Counted from the stretch's first letter, positions 40,330-54,604 are shown. The stretch: 64,000 nt of DNA from Octopus sinensis (GCF_006345805.1 NC_043002.1:13516001-13580000); one strand, 5' to 3'. The notes: generated by a model from the letters alone, not told the origin. A program made the numbers and translations.

Positions 40330-40586
40330 TATCGGTTTAAGTAATTGAGATTCAAGTGAACTCTAATGAATTCACATGAATATGGTCCTTAACTAGGATG
40401 CACCGGAAATCTATATGGTGTTCACCATACGATAAGTGGGGTGATTACAAATAGGAAAAAAACAACAAGAATGGATTAAAATCTCGGTACAATTGTTTCG
40501 TACAATGACATCTTTAATAAGATATAAAAGATGTCCTCGTACGAAACAATTGTACCGAGATTTTAATCTATTCTTGTTGCTTTTTT

Positions 40587-40591
<5 letters not shown>
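40330..40591. repeat. Fold-back element containing HHR half-motifs
   Basis: Inverted arms 40451-40591 contain GUAC-GAA-ACAAUUGU-A. A degenerate AUGAAUA...GAAA lies upstream. Relative at 41300-41450. Confidence 0.75.
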
Positions 40592-40625
<34 letters not shown>

Positions 40626-40763
40626 ATATATATATATATTATATATATATATATATAATATATAGTTAATCAACCATGAAAACACAAACAGAAAACAAAA
40701 CAACGCGAGGACGAGGAACAAGTATAGTGTTATTGAACGCCCAGGGAAGGAAAGAAAAGAAGG

Positions 40764-40798
40764 ATTTAGCGTTTCGAGCGGAGCTTTTCGTCAGAAAC
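40764..40798 (-). ncRNA. Minimal HHR motif (canonical core, decayed)
   Basis: GUUU-CUGACGA-A-AAGC(ucc)GCUC-GAA-ACGC-U-AAAU. Confidence 0.55.
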
Positions 40799-40868
40799 AG
40801 GAAAAGGAAAGATCTAAGGAAGGGAAGACGAAGAAAAGAATCGTCAACGATACACACGCGGTCACATA

Positions 40869-40946
<78 letters not shown>

Positions 40947-41252
40947 CGACCAAAGATTGGTCCAGGCCATGTCTAACTTAATAGAACCACCTGATAGGAT
41001 TATCTAAATCGTTTTTCAGTCAAGTTTCGGATATGGATAATATATATTCATTCGCCATGTTGGACCGCTGAAATTACAAGTGTTTTTAAAAACTCTCTCT
41101 GTATATTTTCTCTTATTCCTTTCTGTTGAAGAACCTAAGCTCGAAACGTTTCATTCTTTCCAAGTGTAAGACTGATACGCTGGGTTGTTGTTCATACACC
41201 TGTCTTCGTCTTTTGTTTTTCTATAAATTTCAACTATACATACATACATACA

Positions 41253-41286
<34 letters not shown>

Positions 41287-41446
41287 CATATATATATATA
41301 AGTTCACCAAAATTTAGATTCAAATGAATATGGTACTTAAGTTAGATGCACCAGAAATTTGTATGATGTTATCCATATAAATCCATGGGGTGGTTATAAT
41401 CAAAATAAGCAACAAATTACCGAAGTCATTCTTGTTGCTTATTTTG

Positions 41447-41505
<59 letters not shown>

Positions 41506-41513
41506 TATATATA

Positions 41514-41551
<38 letters not shown>

Positions 41552-42869
41552 TATATATATTAATATATAATATATATAATCTAGATGTATATATACATAT
41601 ATATGTATGTATAATACATATATTATGTATAATTATATGTATAGGTGAGAGAGTTCGTATGAAGAGTTGGTATATATATATATGTATATATGTATATATA
41701 TACATATACATATATGTGTATGTATATATATGTATATATATATATACATATATATGTATGTATGTATATATATGTATATATATATACATATATATGTATG
41801 TATATATATATGTAAATATATATATGTATGTATATATATGTGTGCGTCTATGTGTGTGTGCATACACATATAAATATACTTTAACAAGAATAATAAATAT
41901 GAACTCTATACAAAGTATCGAGTAATACTTTAGTTTAATGCAAAGTAGTTATTATAACTTGGCATAAAAACAAACATTAATACATACATCTCTCTCTCTC
42001 TCTATCTATCTATCTATATACTTACACACAAACACACACACACATACACACACACATATATATGTATGCATATGCATATATATGTGCGCATACATATATA
42101 TGTATGAATATATGTCTCTGTATATATATAAACATACGCACACACACATATATATACTATAACTATAACATACATATTCATATATACATATCGTGTTTCT
42201 CTTGTAAAATATGAACAAATCTCATAAATATGTGTACACAACTGTATCGAGTTACATAGACCACCAGATATATTACATAAATGGATCTATGCACAGCACA
42301 TAGGAATGAAACGCACAGAAATCTACACACGCAGGCATATGTCTCCACATCAACGCCTATAGTCATCTAGAAGAACGTATGTACTTGCTTGGTGTTTTCT
42401 TGTAATGACTAGTAGGTAGTGTATACACACTCACACATATATGTATTTGCAGACTCTCTTACATATGCATATAAAAATATACTTATGGATACATACATGT
42501 ATATATATATAATTATATATATATATATATAATATATATTCATATTCATATATATATATATATATATACACATATATATACATATATATAATAGAGAAAA
42601 ATAGAGACCGTGAGTAAGAGAGAGGGAATGAAAGAGAGAGAGAGAGAGAGAGGGAGAGAGAGGGAGTGAGGGTGAGTGAACTACATGAATAGACCAAAGC
42701 TATATTGATTTATATAAGCGTGTAGTATATCTATGCATATGCATACGACATGAGATCACAGAACCTGCAAAAGATCACAGAACTTAATCAAAGGCTATAA
42801 CAGTTAAAGAAAGCAAGAAAAAGATAAAAAAAGTTTCACAGGAAAAAAAAAAGAACAAAAGTGAAAAAA

Positions 42870-42957
42870 AAACAACCAATATAAAGCAATACAGTACAAA
42901 AATATCAATAAAACAACCAATATAAAGCAATACAGTACAAAAATATCAATAAAACAA
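42870..42957. repeat. 41 bp tandem duplication
   Basis: aaaacaaccaatataaagcaatacagtacaaaaatatcaat x2. Confidence 0.95.
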
Positions 42958-42989
42958 GCTATTGAATGCAAAACGAACATTTATTTATG

Positions 42990-43145
42990 AGTTGTCCGCC
43001 ATTACCGTTAAACGATAGGCACGTGATTGGACCACGCTATTTAGTTCTCTTAAGAAAGACATTTTGAAACATTACGGTGGTAGAGGGCGTGCCAGTAGAC
43101 ACCGAAAAGGTGTCGCATTATGGCATTTTGCTTCCTCCGTTAGTG
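42990..43145. promoter_or_regulatory. Promoter-like motif cluster
   Basis: CCGCCATT (YY1-like), CACGTG (E-box) and ATTGG (CCAAT box) within 35 bp of unique sequence. Confidence 0.25.
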
Positions 43146-43510
43146 TCCGAGTTTTAGTTTTTGATATACTTTAACATTAGAAGGAATGGTTCTTACGGAT
43201 TACATAATATCTGTAAGAAAGAAAAAAAAACTAACGTGAACAGGAAAGCTATGAATGTTCGTGTCCGAATGATTTCAGTAGAGTGAAGTTTACTTGAACG
43301 TAGTAAAGGACAGATTTGCAATGGTAAACCAACTGTCATGCTATTTAACCATAGGAGGAAACTACGCTCTGCTTAAATGAATTTGCTTGAGTGTACCTGA
43401 TTTCTTTCTACGGCTATATATTAAAATATTCACATCTATCAAATATTCGTTCATATGGTGTAAATAACATGCATACATACACACACACACCCACAAACAC
43501 CCTCACACGC

Positions 43511-43542
<32 letters not shown>

Positions 43543-43796
43543 ATATATATGTACCCACACACATACACGCGTATATATATATATATATATAGCAAGTGAA
43601 GGGCTATAACATCGAGGCGGATACCGAATTTCTCTATGTAAAATGCTAAGGCTGGTTCCTTCAAATGGTGCGTTTTATGGTAAATTTTACTATAGAAAAA
43701 CCAACTGTAAATAGACATAAAGTTTGAATGTTCAAATTCTTTATTTTTCCTTATCAATACACACACACACACACACACACATTTATATATAGATTA

Positions 43797-44176
43797 AGCG
43801 CAGGAGTGGCTGTGTGGTAAGTAGCTTGGTTACCAACCACAAGGTTCTGCGTGGCACCTTGGCAAGTGTCTTCTACTCTAACATTGTGAGTGGATTTTGG
43901 TAGACGGAAACTGAAAGAAGCCCGTTATATATATATATAACGGCTAGAGTAGAAGACACTTGCCATATATATATATATGCATGTGTATATGTTTGTATGC
44001 CTGTCTTTGTCCTACCAGCATCGCCAGACAACTGATGCTGGTGTGTTTACGTCCTCGTAACTTAGCAGTTCGGCAAAAGGGGCAGATAGATTAAGTACTA
44101 GGCTTACAAAAAATAAGTCATGGGGTCGATTTGCTCGATTAAAGGCGGTGCTCCAGCATAGCCGCAGTCAAATGAT
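43797..44176 (+). mobile_element. SINE family A
   Basis: Head to near the tail; abuts the PLE fragment. Confidence 0.85.
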
Positions 44177-45260
44177 GTGGGGCCCATTCTCGTTCCCATG
44201 GCCACTCCCGAGAGTGGTAAAAATCACCAGCGAACGAGAAGCAGTTGAGTGAGAAGACTAGTTCAGCCACACGAACGAGTGTGGTACGTCGGATTGGGGG
44301 CTGGGTCGAAGGTCAAAGAAACGTTGGAGTGCACGCAGCCTCTCGTGGTGAGGGATCACCGTGTATAGGCTCTAGATGTCTAGAGTAAAGAGAAGTTTAG
44401 AGAGGCCAGCAGAGAAGAAGAAAGAGTTGAACAAACGAAGCGCATGGTTGGTGTCATGGATGTAAGAGGGCAGGGAAGCCACCAGAGAGCAAGGATACGG
44501 TCAAGTTATCTGTAGATGAGTTCGGTGGGGAAGTTACAGGCGGAGACGATGGGGCGGCCAGGCTTGTTAGGCTTGTGGATTTTGGGGAGGAAGTAAATTG
44601 TAGGGGTGTGAGGGGTGTTCGGACAATGAAGTTGGAAGCGGTGGGGGAGAAGGGAGGAGGAGATGAGGTCATGGATAATGGAGGACACAGTCTGTTGGTA
44701 GCTGTGCGTGGGGTCAGATGGCAGAGGGCAGTAGAAGTGGGTGTCTTGAAGTTCAGAGAGTTTCCGCCTTGTAGAGGTACACGCGCCGCAGCACCACGGC
44801 CATACCCTTGTCGGCCGGTTTTATGATGATGTCAGTGCGGCGTCGGGGACATTGAACGGCTGAGAGTTCGGCTGGGGAGATTTTCAGATGACGGGGACGC
44901 CTGGAAAATTTAAACCGGTCCAGAGCGCGCAGGCAGGTGCCCGCAAAAAGACCGACTGCTTGGAACTGGTCAGGAGCTGGTGTCTTCTGGGATGGTCGGC
45001 GGCCCAGTTCAGTGAGGCAGTCCTCCTCATTGGATGCTGGTGGAGTGTCGCAGAAAAGCGCACACAACCTAACACGGCGCACAAAGCCGTGGATATCGGC
45101 ACGAGTCTGAAATTCGTTGCTGGATGGAGTGAGGAGGATGAAGCGCAGACCCCTACTGTGGAGGAAGCGTTCTGCCCCAGAGAGAGGAACATCTGGAGGA
45201 ATGGTAACAACAGACGGAAGTGGAGAAGGGGTGGATGGGATAGAAGTAGGAGTGGTGGAT
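44177..45260 (-). pseudogene. Penelope-like element reverse transcriptase, decayed
   Basis: VVTIPPDVPLSGAERFLHSRGLRF, FVRRVRL, IIIKPADKGMAVV, YFLPKIHKPNKPGRPIVSACNFPTE, LFTLDI*SLYTVIPH, ELVFSLNCFSF and GVAMGTRMGP; has stops and frameshifts. Confidence 0.92.
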
Positions 45261-45369
45261 GGGAAGTGTGTATTTATGTGTGTATGTATTTATGTATATA
45301 TGTCTGTATGCAGAATACATATCTGTGTTTACGTGTGAGTGTGTTTATCCTAACGCGGTGCTAGGGCAC

Positions 45370-46040
45370 TGACTTAGAGAATTTATTCGAATAAATCGAC
45401 CCTAGTACATAGTATTTTTTAAAACCTTCTACATATTTTAAATTAGGGGGACGTAAACAAACCAATACCACTTATCAAGCGGTGGTGGGTAACAAACTGA
45501 AACACTAAGATACACCACCACACACACAGAGACGCACTTACAACGGGCTTTCACAGACTCCACCTGAATCAAATTCGCTCACCAGGCATTGGGAGGCCCG
45601 GGGCTATAGCAGCAGACACTTGTTCAAGATGCTGCGCAGTGGAACTGGACCCGAAAACACGTGGTTAAAAAGTGAGCCATGACTGTGTGTAAGAAAATTA
45701 GAGAGTACCAAGTAAATAGAGTAGAATAAGAAATTAAATTACTAGTATTTATTTGTAGCGCTCTAGTTAGAGTTTCGTGATTATTATGAGAGAACTTCTA
45801 AAACGTACGTGAAAAAGATATTAGCATTATATCTTTAAAAATAATATGATAATATATAATATATAATATGAGGCACAGAAGTGGCTGTGTGGTAAGTAGA
45901 TTGCTTACCAGCCACATGGTTCCGGTTTCAGTCCCACTGCGTGGCACCTTGGGTAAGTGTCTTCTACTATAGCCTCGGGCCGACCAAAGCCTTGTGAGTG
46001 GATTTGGTAGACGGAAACTGAAAGAAACCCGTCGTATATA

Positions 46041-46117
<77 letters not shown>

Positions 46118-46335
46118 ATGCGTGTATGTTTGTGTGTCTTTGTCCCTCAATATAGCTTGACAACCGATGGTGGTGTGTTGACGTTCCCGTAACTTAGCAG
46201 TTCGGCAAAAGTGACCGATAGAATAAGTACTAGACTTACAAAGAATAAGTCCTGGGGCCGATATGCCCGACTAAAAGCGGTACTCCAGCATGGCTACAGT
46301 CAAACGACTGAAACAAGTAAAAGAGTAAAAGAGTA
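45370..46335. mobile_element. SINE A copies (- diverged at 45370-45685, + full length at 45871-46335)
   Basis: Family A blocks. Confidence 0.85.
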
Positions 46336-47311
46336 GTATTTGACACACACAGATATACATATATATGCTCGTACGTGTATACACTCATGTACACTCACAC
46401 ACACATAAATGCATTTACGGTAAACAGATTTTTGCTGTGGTAGATGCTGTTGTCCGTCCCTGAATGCAGAATCACCCTCGATGCTTCAGGCCCTTCTACC
46501 ATAGGATTTGAGCTAACCGGGGCCATCCAATGATGTAGGCGATAGAATTTCTGCATAACAGTGTGAGCTTTGTTGATTTAGATGACGCAACTTTGGGCAA
46601 GATGTATCTTTTATTCTCCATACTTCAAGTTGAAAAAGAAATTCGTCCAATCAAACATCAATCAGTTGCTCATCTGAGCAGCATTAATCCATTCTAAAGA
46701 CATAAAAGAAAAAATAGGAATGGTCAAACACTAATTGGTATCAGAAGATAGACATCTAACAGCTGAGGTATTCGGGCAAATGATTTACGAGTTTATTGAT
46801 GAGCAGGTAAACTGCCTCGAGTCAAAACGATTCTTTTGGCGATGTTTAATTGGCTGACTTATCTTTTCAATTCCGGCATCGATTGGTTTGATCAAAATAA
46901 ATTTTTAAAAATTTTCTTTAGATCGAACCTTCTTTGCAGTCGATTGTTAACTTCCCATGTTTTCGAAGTGCCTAATGATATAGATGGCGTTTTAGCATAT
47001 GGAATATATTGATTGCGAATAAATTGCCATGCTACTGAAACATTTGTTGCATATATTGAACTGTCGTTATCATCTTTAATTATTATATTGCTTCACCGCG
47101 TGACATGTGCAGCTAATGTTTTCAGCCGGATTGGAATTGCAGATTACCTGATATCATTATTCAATTGCGATTACGTTAATAAATCTTGTGACTGGATGAA
47201 GAAATAGGAGTATTTATTTATTAGCATTCCTACAGGATACACTGCTAGATAAATAAATGGTGACAGCTAGCAAGCTAATAACCACGATCACTAAGATCCA
47301 AATCAAATAGA

Positions 47312-47403
<92 letters not shown>

Positions 47404-47453
47404 AAACACATACACACACACGCACGCGCGCACATACACACATATATATATTA

Positions 47454-47675
47454 AGGTGGCGAGCTGGCAGAAATGTTAGCACGCCGGGCGAAGTGTGTAA
47501 CCGTATTTCGTCTGTCGTTACGTTTCGAGTTCAAATTCCACCGAGGCCGACTTTGTCTTTCATCCTTTCGGGGTCGATAAATTAAGTACCAGTTACGCAC
47601 TGAGGTCGATGTAATCGACTTAATCCCTTTGTCTGACCTTGTTTGTTCCCTCTGTGTTTAGCCCCTTGTGGGTAG
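47454..47675 (+). mobile_element. SINE family B monomer
   Basis: ggtggcgagctggcagaaatg...ccccttgtgggtagtaaa. Confidence 0.9.
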
Positions 47676-49271
47676 TAAATATATATATATATATTATTAC
47701 CTTAGAATGGAAGACTGTGAACATCGACAAGCCCTATACAGTATGAAAGGAAAAAAAGACTTGATGCCAACGTTGAAGAAGTTCTATGCAAAAAGAAAGT
47801 CTCGAGACAAGAATTTCCAAATCTCAATAGTTAAGCATCGTTTAGTGAGCCATTGAAACTAGTCTTTAATTACTGCAGAAGCTGCATAAACCTGTGGAAG
47901 TCAATCATCTCGACCCATAATTTATTGAATGTGTAAATCTATTTAAATCCGCTTTCAAAAGTATTTCAGACTTTCGAAGTAAGGAAGTGGTTTTACGAGA
48001 TTCTATCCTTTGACTTTAGTAAATGTCTCCAGAGCCTGCAGAAATAATCAGGCAAAAACAGACATAAATAAAAAGTTAGGAGACCTGTGGTGATCTGCAT
48101 CAACAAATATTAAAGTTAAAACTTTCACATATTTCAATAGTCATAGATTATAATATTACCACAAATTCTTCCGAACAAACCTATAATACACCACTTTTAG
48201 TTGTCAGAATCTATTAACAGTTTCAAATTAAACCAAAGAAAGACATTCATAAAATAATAAATACATAATTTATGTATCTTGAAGTAAAAGTTCCTTGGTT
48301 ACGATTGGCAAGGTAATCAATTGTACACTCATAATTAGAAACCAACCGCATCAGTCAATAAAGTCTGCTGACCTGAAATATCAGAGTGGAGGTAAATAGT
48401 GGGAAGAAACTGTTCCAACAGTTTTTCTTTCACGGAATTATCGTATTTGATTAGACGAAAAGACAGGTCTTAACAGATTGAAGTGTTTGTCGACATCATA
48501 CGTGACAAAAGGCGAAATGAGATCATGCGAGTCACATTGAGCTTATGATGATTTTCGGTAAAGTATTAAAAACGAAATATCCACTTAAGTAGGTGAGATA
48601 AGAAGGCACATATATCTAGGAAATAAAAATAGACGGAAACAGGGAAAAAGAGCTACAGTTTAAAGAGTGACGGAGCGAAAAGAAAGAGATATTGCTGAGA
48701 GATGTTTAAAGACAATATTAAAATATTTGACTTGCATTTCGAAGAAAGTAGCGAGTTTATGGATATAAATTTGGCTGTTACTCTGCAAAGGTCATCAGAC
48801 CAAACAGAGAGAATAGTATATTTGAGAAATAGAAATTTTATGGTCGAATTTAAATTCCGCTTGACTTAAAATAAAATCAAGTAAATGATACTTTCGTTTT
48901 CTCTTGAGGGGAAACTTTTCGATATATAAAAATAATTTCGCCATGAGAGTCACTCTATATTGTAACAAAATAGTCAAAATAGATATATGGAAATATGCAT
49001 TGCAGTTATACATGTAACTATTCTGGGAAATATCACAATCTTTACTTGTAGTTGCTGTAATAAATAGCCAATAAAAGTTGCTCCACACATTAATTAATGT
49101 TTGGTTCGTCTATGTCTACTGTACTCGTCAGCGAAATAGAGAATAGAAATATTAAGCATATCTCTGATATATATATATATATATATAGTAAATTGTAGTT
49201 CGTAGTTGCCTCGCAATTCATAGGAAATAACGCAACGATGTGTCGCTTTCCTATATAAAGGCAGACAAAAA

Positions 49272-49325
<54 letters not shown>

Positions 49326-49359
49326 TGTAAAATAATAACGAAATTATTGTATACATATA

Positions 49360-49588
49360 TCTTTACTGCCCACAAGGGGCTAAACACAGAGAGCACAAAC
49401 AAGGACAGACAAACGGATTAAGTCGATTACATCGACCCCAGTGCGTAACTGGTACTTATTTAATCGACCGCGAAAGAATGAAAGGCAAAGTCGACCTCGG
49501 CGGAATTTGAAATCAGAACGTAGCGGCAGACGAAATACCGCTAAGCATTTGGCCCGGCGTGCTAACGATTCTGCCAGCTCGCCGCCTT
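49360..49588 (-). mobile_element. SINE family B inserted at the CR1 tail
   Basis: Flanked by a repeated gaaattattgtataca (TSD-like). Confidence 0.9.
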
Positions 49589-49597
49589 AAAATTATT

Positions 49598-50312
49598 GAA
49601 ATTATTGTATACAGTGCTCAGGTGCACCACAACTTGTCAAAAGTGCGTATAAAACATATACAGTAATGTACAAATGTCTGGAAAGTGAACAGTATATGAG
49701 TCAGATATATGCTTGCGTGTGTATGGAGGGGAGAAAATCAGGTGTAGTGTTGGCGAATCTCAGGAAGCATGGAAGTTTTGAAGGATGCAGTGCGCCGACA
49801 ACTAACAACTGATGGTGGCAGTTTGTTCCATGCTTCAGCAACTCTTAGCGTGAAAAAAATGTTTCCGAAACACATGGGAGCAGTGCTGTTTTCTGACTTT
49901 AAAAATATGTCCACGGGTGTTAGACAGGTGGAGTTTGAAAAGGTACTTAGAGTTATTGTTAGTAAGATGGTAAATAATTTTATGGGTGTCTGCCAAGTCA
50001 GTTGCCAGACGTCGGAGTTTCAATGTATTCATGCCCAGGGGAGTGAGGCGTTCAGAATATGGCAAATGCCTGATGGAGGGTATTCTCTTGGTTGCACGTC
50101 GCTGAACGGTTTCCAGACGATTAATATCCTGGGAAAGATAGGGGTTCCAGACCGGGGATGCAAATTCCAGCTGAGGCCACACCATAGCTATATAAAGCCT
50201 CAGATAGATAGCCGGAGAGCGGCTCACAAAGGACTTGGTAAGTGATGCCAAGACACCCTCAGCCCTCTTGGCAATTTTAGCAATGTGCTTTGTCCAACGC
50301 AAATCGCTGTAC
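49598..50312 (-). mobile_element. 5'-truncated CR1-type LINE (ORF2 C-terminus plus 3'UTR)
   Basis: DLRWTKHI...LEFASPVWNPY...INRLETVQRRATK...YSERL..L...RR...D...NTRGH. Confidence 0.92.
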
Positions 50313-50496
50313 ATGTCTATCAGAACGAACAACCGCGTGGATATTCTATTATCACCTTGTCTGTAGGATCTTCTTAAATTTCTTCAAACCACTCGAAGTG
50401 TTTGGTATTTTCAACAGATATTTTCAGAAAATGTAGTTCTGATGTAGTTTCGCATACTAATATGAAAATTTTATTCATTTTTAAAAAAGAAATTAG

Positions 50497-50648
50497 GTGC
50501 AGATCTGGCTTTGTGGTAAGAAGTTCGCTACCCAACCACATGGTTCCGAGTTCAGTCCCGCTGTGTGGCAAATATTTTCTACTATAGCTTCGGGCCGGCC
50601 AAAGTCTTGTGAGTGGATTTGGTAGACGGAAACTGTTAGAAACCGGTC

Positions 50649-50724
<76 letters not shown>

Positions 50725-50925
50725 TTGTGACTGTATCTATCCTTCACCACTGCTTGACAACCAGTGTTGGTGTTTTTACGTTCAGGCTACTTTGAGATTC
50801 GGCAAAATAGAGCGATAGAATAAGCACCAGGCTCTAAAAAAGGGTACTGGAATCGATTCTTCCGACTAAAATTCCTCAACGCGGCGCCCCAGTATGGCCG
50901 CACCTGAAACAAATAAAATAGATTA
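50497..50925 (+). mobile_element. SINE family A
   Basis: Diverged full-length copy. Confidence 0.85.
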
Positions 50926-52023
50926 AAAAATGATAAATGAAGAAAGTTACATGCATTTAAAATTTGGGAATTTTAGCCAATCAGCAGCCTCTGTTATAGA
51001 AATGGCACACATAAAACCTTTGCACGGTTTTTCGACCTGCTAGAAATGGCAGCCAAATGTTCCTTAAACCGCACCATATCCTCTAAAACCCCCCCTAAAA
51101 GGTCGAAAGATTGTGCCACAGCACCGTTTATTTTTTCGCTTGAAGTGGCCCTTGTACTTGGCACCTGTTGACTGTGGAACTGAACCTGAAACACATGGGT
51201 TGAGACCGAGTTTCATAACCACACTTTCGTGTTTCTTCCGATGGAAAAAAACAAAAGAAAAACAATCAGCAGCAGTAAAGTTAAATCATTATCAACTTCT
51301 TTATTAAAAGAACAAAGCAAAAAGAAAAAAAGAAACACTTTACGCCAAAAAGAGCAAAAAAAAAAAAGAAAAGAAAAGCAAGCAAGCAAACAAATAAATA
51401 TGAAAACAAAAAGCAACGAATCTAGTTTTATTTCTGATATATTCCTAGCAAATAAATTCACTTTATTTTGTCTATTCCCTCTAGGAATTGAGTCAATAGA
51501 AGTTAGGCCACATAATGTGAGGAACAAAGGTTTTTTTTTTAGTAGAATATGAAGCCATGGAGAGGTCATCAAGAGGAGTTAAATGATTTAATTTAATGAG
51601 AGCTGCAGGAAATCTAATCAGAATAGTTAAGTTAATAAACTTAAGAATCACTTATATAATTCGTTTTTAGACATTGAATATAAAACCTTTTTTGTAAACT
51701 TACCCAATCTCGTAATTGTAATTAATACGTGTGGTGTTTTATTCTTAGTTTTTAAATCTCAGAATCTCTCATTAACTCTTTCTGTTTCTTATTATCTTAT
51801 ACTGGACCACAGGAATATTGGTGGAACTTAAAATTTAAAACAGATGCCAAGTTGAAACACAACCAGCCACATAATGCTGTGTAGAACCACGCAATCAGCT
51901 GCCGTTTGGACCTCAATATGTGCAAATAATGACAGGAGAAAGAAAATGTTTATGGATCATTGATGAGGGGTTTGCGAACCCAGTACCCATGATATATTTT
52001 CAATTTCTTACCCATTATTAATA

Positions 52024-52620
52024 GGGCGTAGGAATGGCTGTGAGGTAAGTAGCTTGCTTACGAACCACATGGTTCCGGGTTCAGTTCCACTGCGTCGCAC
52101 CTTGGACAAGTGTCTTTTACTATAGCCTCGGGCCGATCAAAGCCTTGTGAGTGGATTTGGTAGACGGTAATTGAAAGAAGCCCGTCGTATATATATATAA
52201 ATGTATATATATATAAATATATATATATATGTATATATATGTTTTACTCATTATCTTTTATTAAATTTTTTATAATTTTGATATATATTTAAAATAATAT
52301 AAATTAATTAATTTTATGTATTGGCTTAAGTTTTTCATTGTTTGATTTGCCTAATAGTGGTTTTATCTCTAATTTAATATAAAATATGTATATATATATA
52401 TGTATGTGAGTGTATATGTTTGTGTGCCAGTGTTTGTCCTCCCAACATCACTCGACAACCCGATGCTGGTGTATTTACGTCCCCGTAACTTAGCGGTTCG
52501 GCAAAATACACCGATAGAATAAGTACTAGGCTTACAAAGAATAAGTCCTAGGGTTGATTTGCTCGACTAAAGGCGTAACTCCAGCATGACCACAGTCAAA
52601 TGACTGGAGCAAGTAAAAGA
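52024..52620 (+). mobile_element. SINE family A with an expanded internal AT tract
   Basis: Head 52024-52190, tail 52410-52620. Confidence 0.9.
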
Positions 52621-53201
52621 GGGAAATGGGATATGCGCTAACTCGCCTGGTACAAAGAATAGCTGAACTTGGATCCTTGGGGAGAGAACGCAACTTCATA
52701 ATTTATACGTTGCAAATGACTACGATATCTCGGACTTCCTTAAGGTGTAAAAGATGGTAGCCTGTCAAAAGTAACTCTAAATTAAGAAGAGAAAATGCAA
52801 ATTAAACATATATACGCATGCACATATATTGATACATACATATGTTCGCACATACATGCATACGTATGTACGTACGCACATACATGCATACGTACGCACG
52901 CACATGCATACAAACATACATACATACATACATACATACATACATAATACATACATACATACATACATACATACATACATACATACATAAAAACAAACAA
53001 ACAAAAATACCCTGTGGCTGATATCGAAATTCCAGTGAAGGAACCTTGGATCTAGGTTAGAAACCGGTTCTTTCTCAATTGACAAGAAATCTTGAAATAA
53101 ACTGAATAATGACATAATATATATATATATATTGGTAAAACGGTAAGATAACAAAAGAAAGAAAGAGACCTCAATATTATGTAAATAGAAGAAATTTATC
53201 T

Positions 53202-53423
53202 ATAAAATAATATGTTACATTACAAGATAGTCAAGATAAAACACTGAGTTTCAGATGCCGAAGTGGGAATCCACGACGCCATCTCTTCGGTTATCTGGCT
53301 ATTTGAAAACGCTATAGCGTTTTCAAATAGCGTTTTCAAATAGCCAGATAACCGAAGAGATGGCGTCGTGGATTCCCACTTCGGCATCAAGTTTTATCTT
53401 GACTATCGTGTAATGTAACATAT

Positions 53424-53431
<8 letters not shown>
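53202..53431. repeat. Palindromic fold-back carrying the 20.4 kb HHR family
   Basis: Arms contain GAUAA-CCGAAGA-GAUG...CAUC-U-GAAAC...UUAUC; centre tttgaaaacgctatagcgttttcaaa. Confidence 0.9.
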
Positions 53432-53497
<66 letters not shown>

Positions 53498-53600
53498 CAA
53501 AATGGGACAAGAACGCAAAACATCCAAATAGACGATACAAAAAACACAGACAGGTCATTCGAAGCCTTTAATCTTCAGTCAAGAACCGGATCATCCTCGC

Positions 53601-53683
<83 letters not shown>

Positions 53684-54131
53684 TGTATGTATGTATGTAT
53701 GTATGTATGTATGTATGTATGTATGTTGTATGTATGTATGTATGTATGTATGTATGTATTCTTCTGTCTTTCTTTTTGCCTATATTTTCTCGACTTATGA
53801 AGTGCATCTCAGGGAAACATCGAGCAGCGGCAGCGGAACAAATAACATCGGTTTAATAGATTAAATAATTATACTCTGGAACATGTAGTGAGTACTCTTA
53901 TATTTGTTATAATCGCTCCACATGCAAATATACACGCATACGCACTAATACACGCACATACATGCACACAGACAGGTATATACATACACGCATGTATTAC
54001 ATACTCTGAACATATTCATTACACACACACATGCACATGCGGCAAAAAAAAGACACACACGTACGCACGCGTGCGCGCACACATGCATTGATATACACGA
54101 GAAATTACGATAAACTTAGTTTTGTATCATT

Positions 54132-54233
54132 TGTTCCCTACGCACGTTTCTCCATTGTGGCTATTCGCAACCGCGGCATAAGACGTTCCAAGTGCAAGTG
54201 GATGCCGAACCACGGTAGATCATCAGGACAACA
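54132..54233 (-). ncRNA. Type I hammerhead ribozyme, canonical core, extended helix II
   Basis: UGUUgUC-CUGAUGA-UCUA.GUGGUU.CGGCAU...AUGCCG...AGCCAC.UGGA-GAA-ACGUGCGU-A-GGgAACA. Confidence 0.75.
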
Positions 54234-54246
54234 CTTTATTGCATTG

Positions 54247-54281
<35 letters not shown>

Positions 54282-54604
54282 TGTATATATACGTGTACTT
54301 GTGTGTATGTGTGTGTCTTTATCTATAAACGTACGCACACACATGCACACACACACACACACGCGCGCACTCATACACACAGACATAATCATCAAACTGT
54401 ATGTATACTCCAGTACAATCGCCTCTCCTACTGTACCCCCTTCACTATTCCCCATTCCCGAAATTCTCTCTCCTCTCCCCCCCCCCAAGTCTTTCCCTGC
54501 CTCCTACCTTCCCCCCACCTCACTTCCGTCGTCGATGTTTGGCTTTTAAACTTTACTGAAATTCTCTAAATATACTGTGTACTATTGAAAGTTTGCCAGT
54601 TCAA

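Noticed and set aside
43234-43280. GTGAACA-GGA...TCC-GAA as another G3-C8 HHR
   Set aside because: The 15.1-16.1 pair is wrong, there is no H17 and helix I has 2 bp; likely chance.
53020-53075. GTGAAGG-AACCT/AGGTT-aGAAACCGGTT
   Set aside because: The 3' half is HHR-like, but the core lacks a 3-8 pair and A9, and helix I is not adjacent.
53545-53585. CTGAAGA...GAA on the minus strand
   Set aside because: Helix II loop is too short and GAAA is broken.
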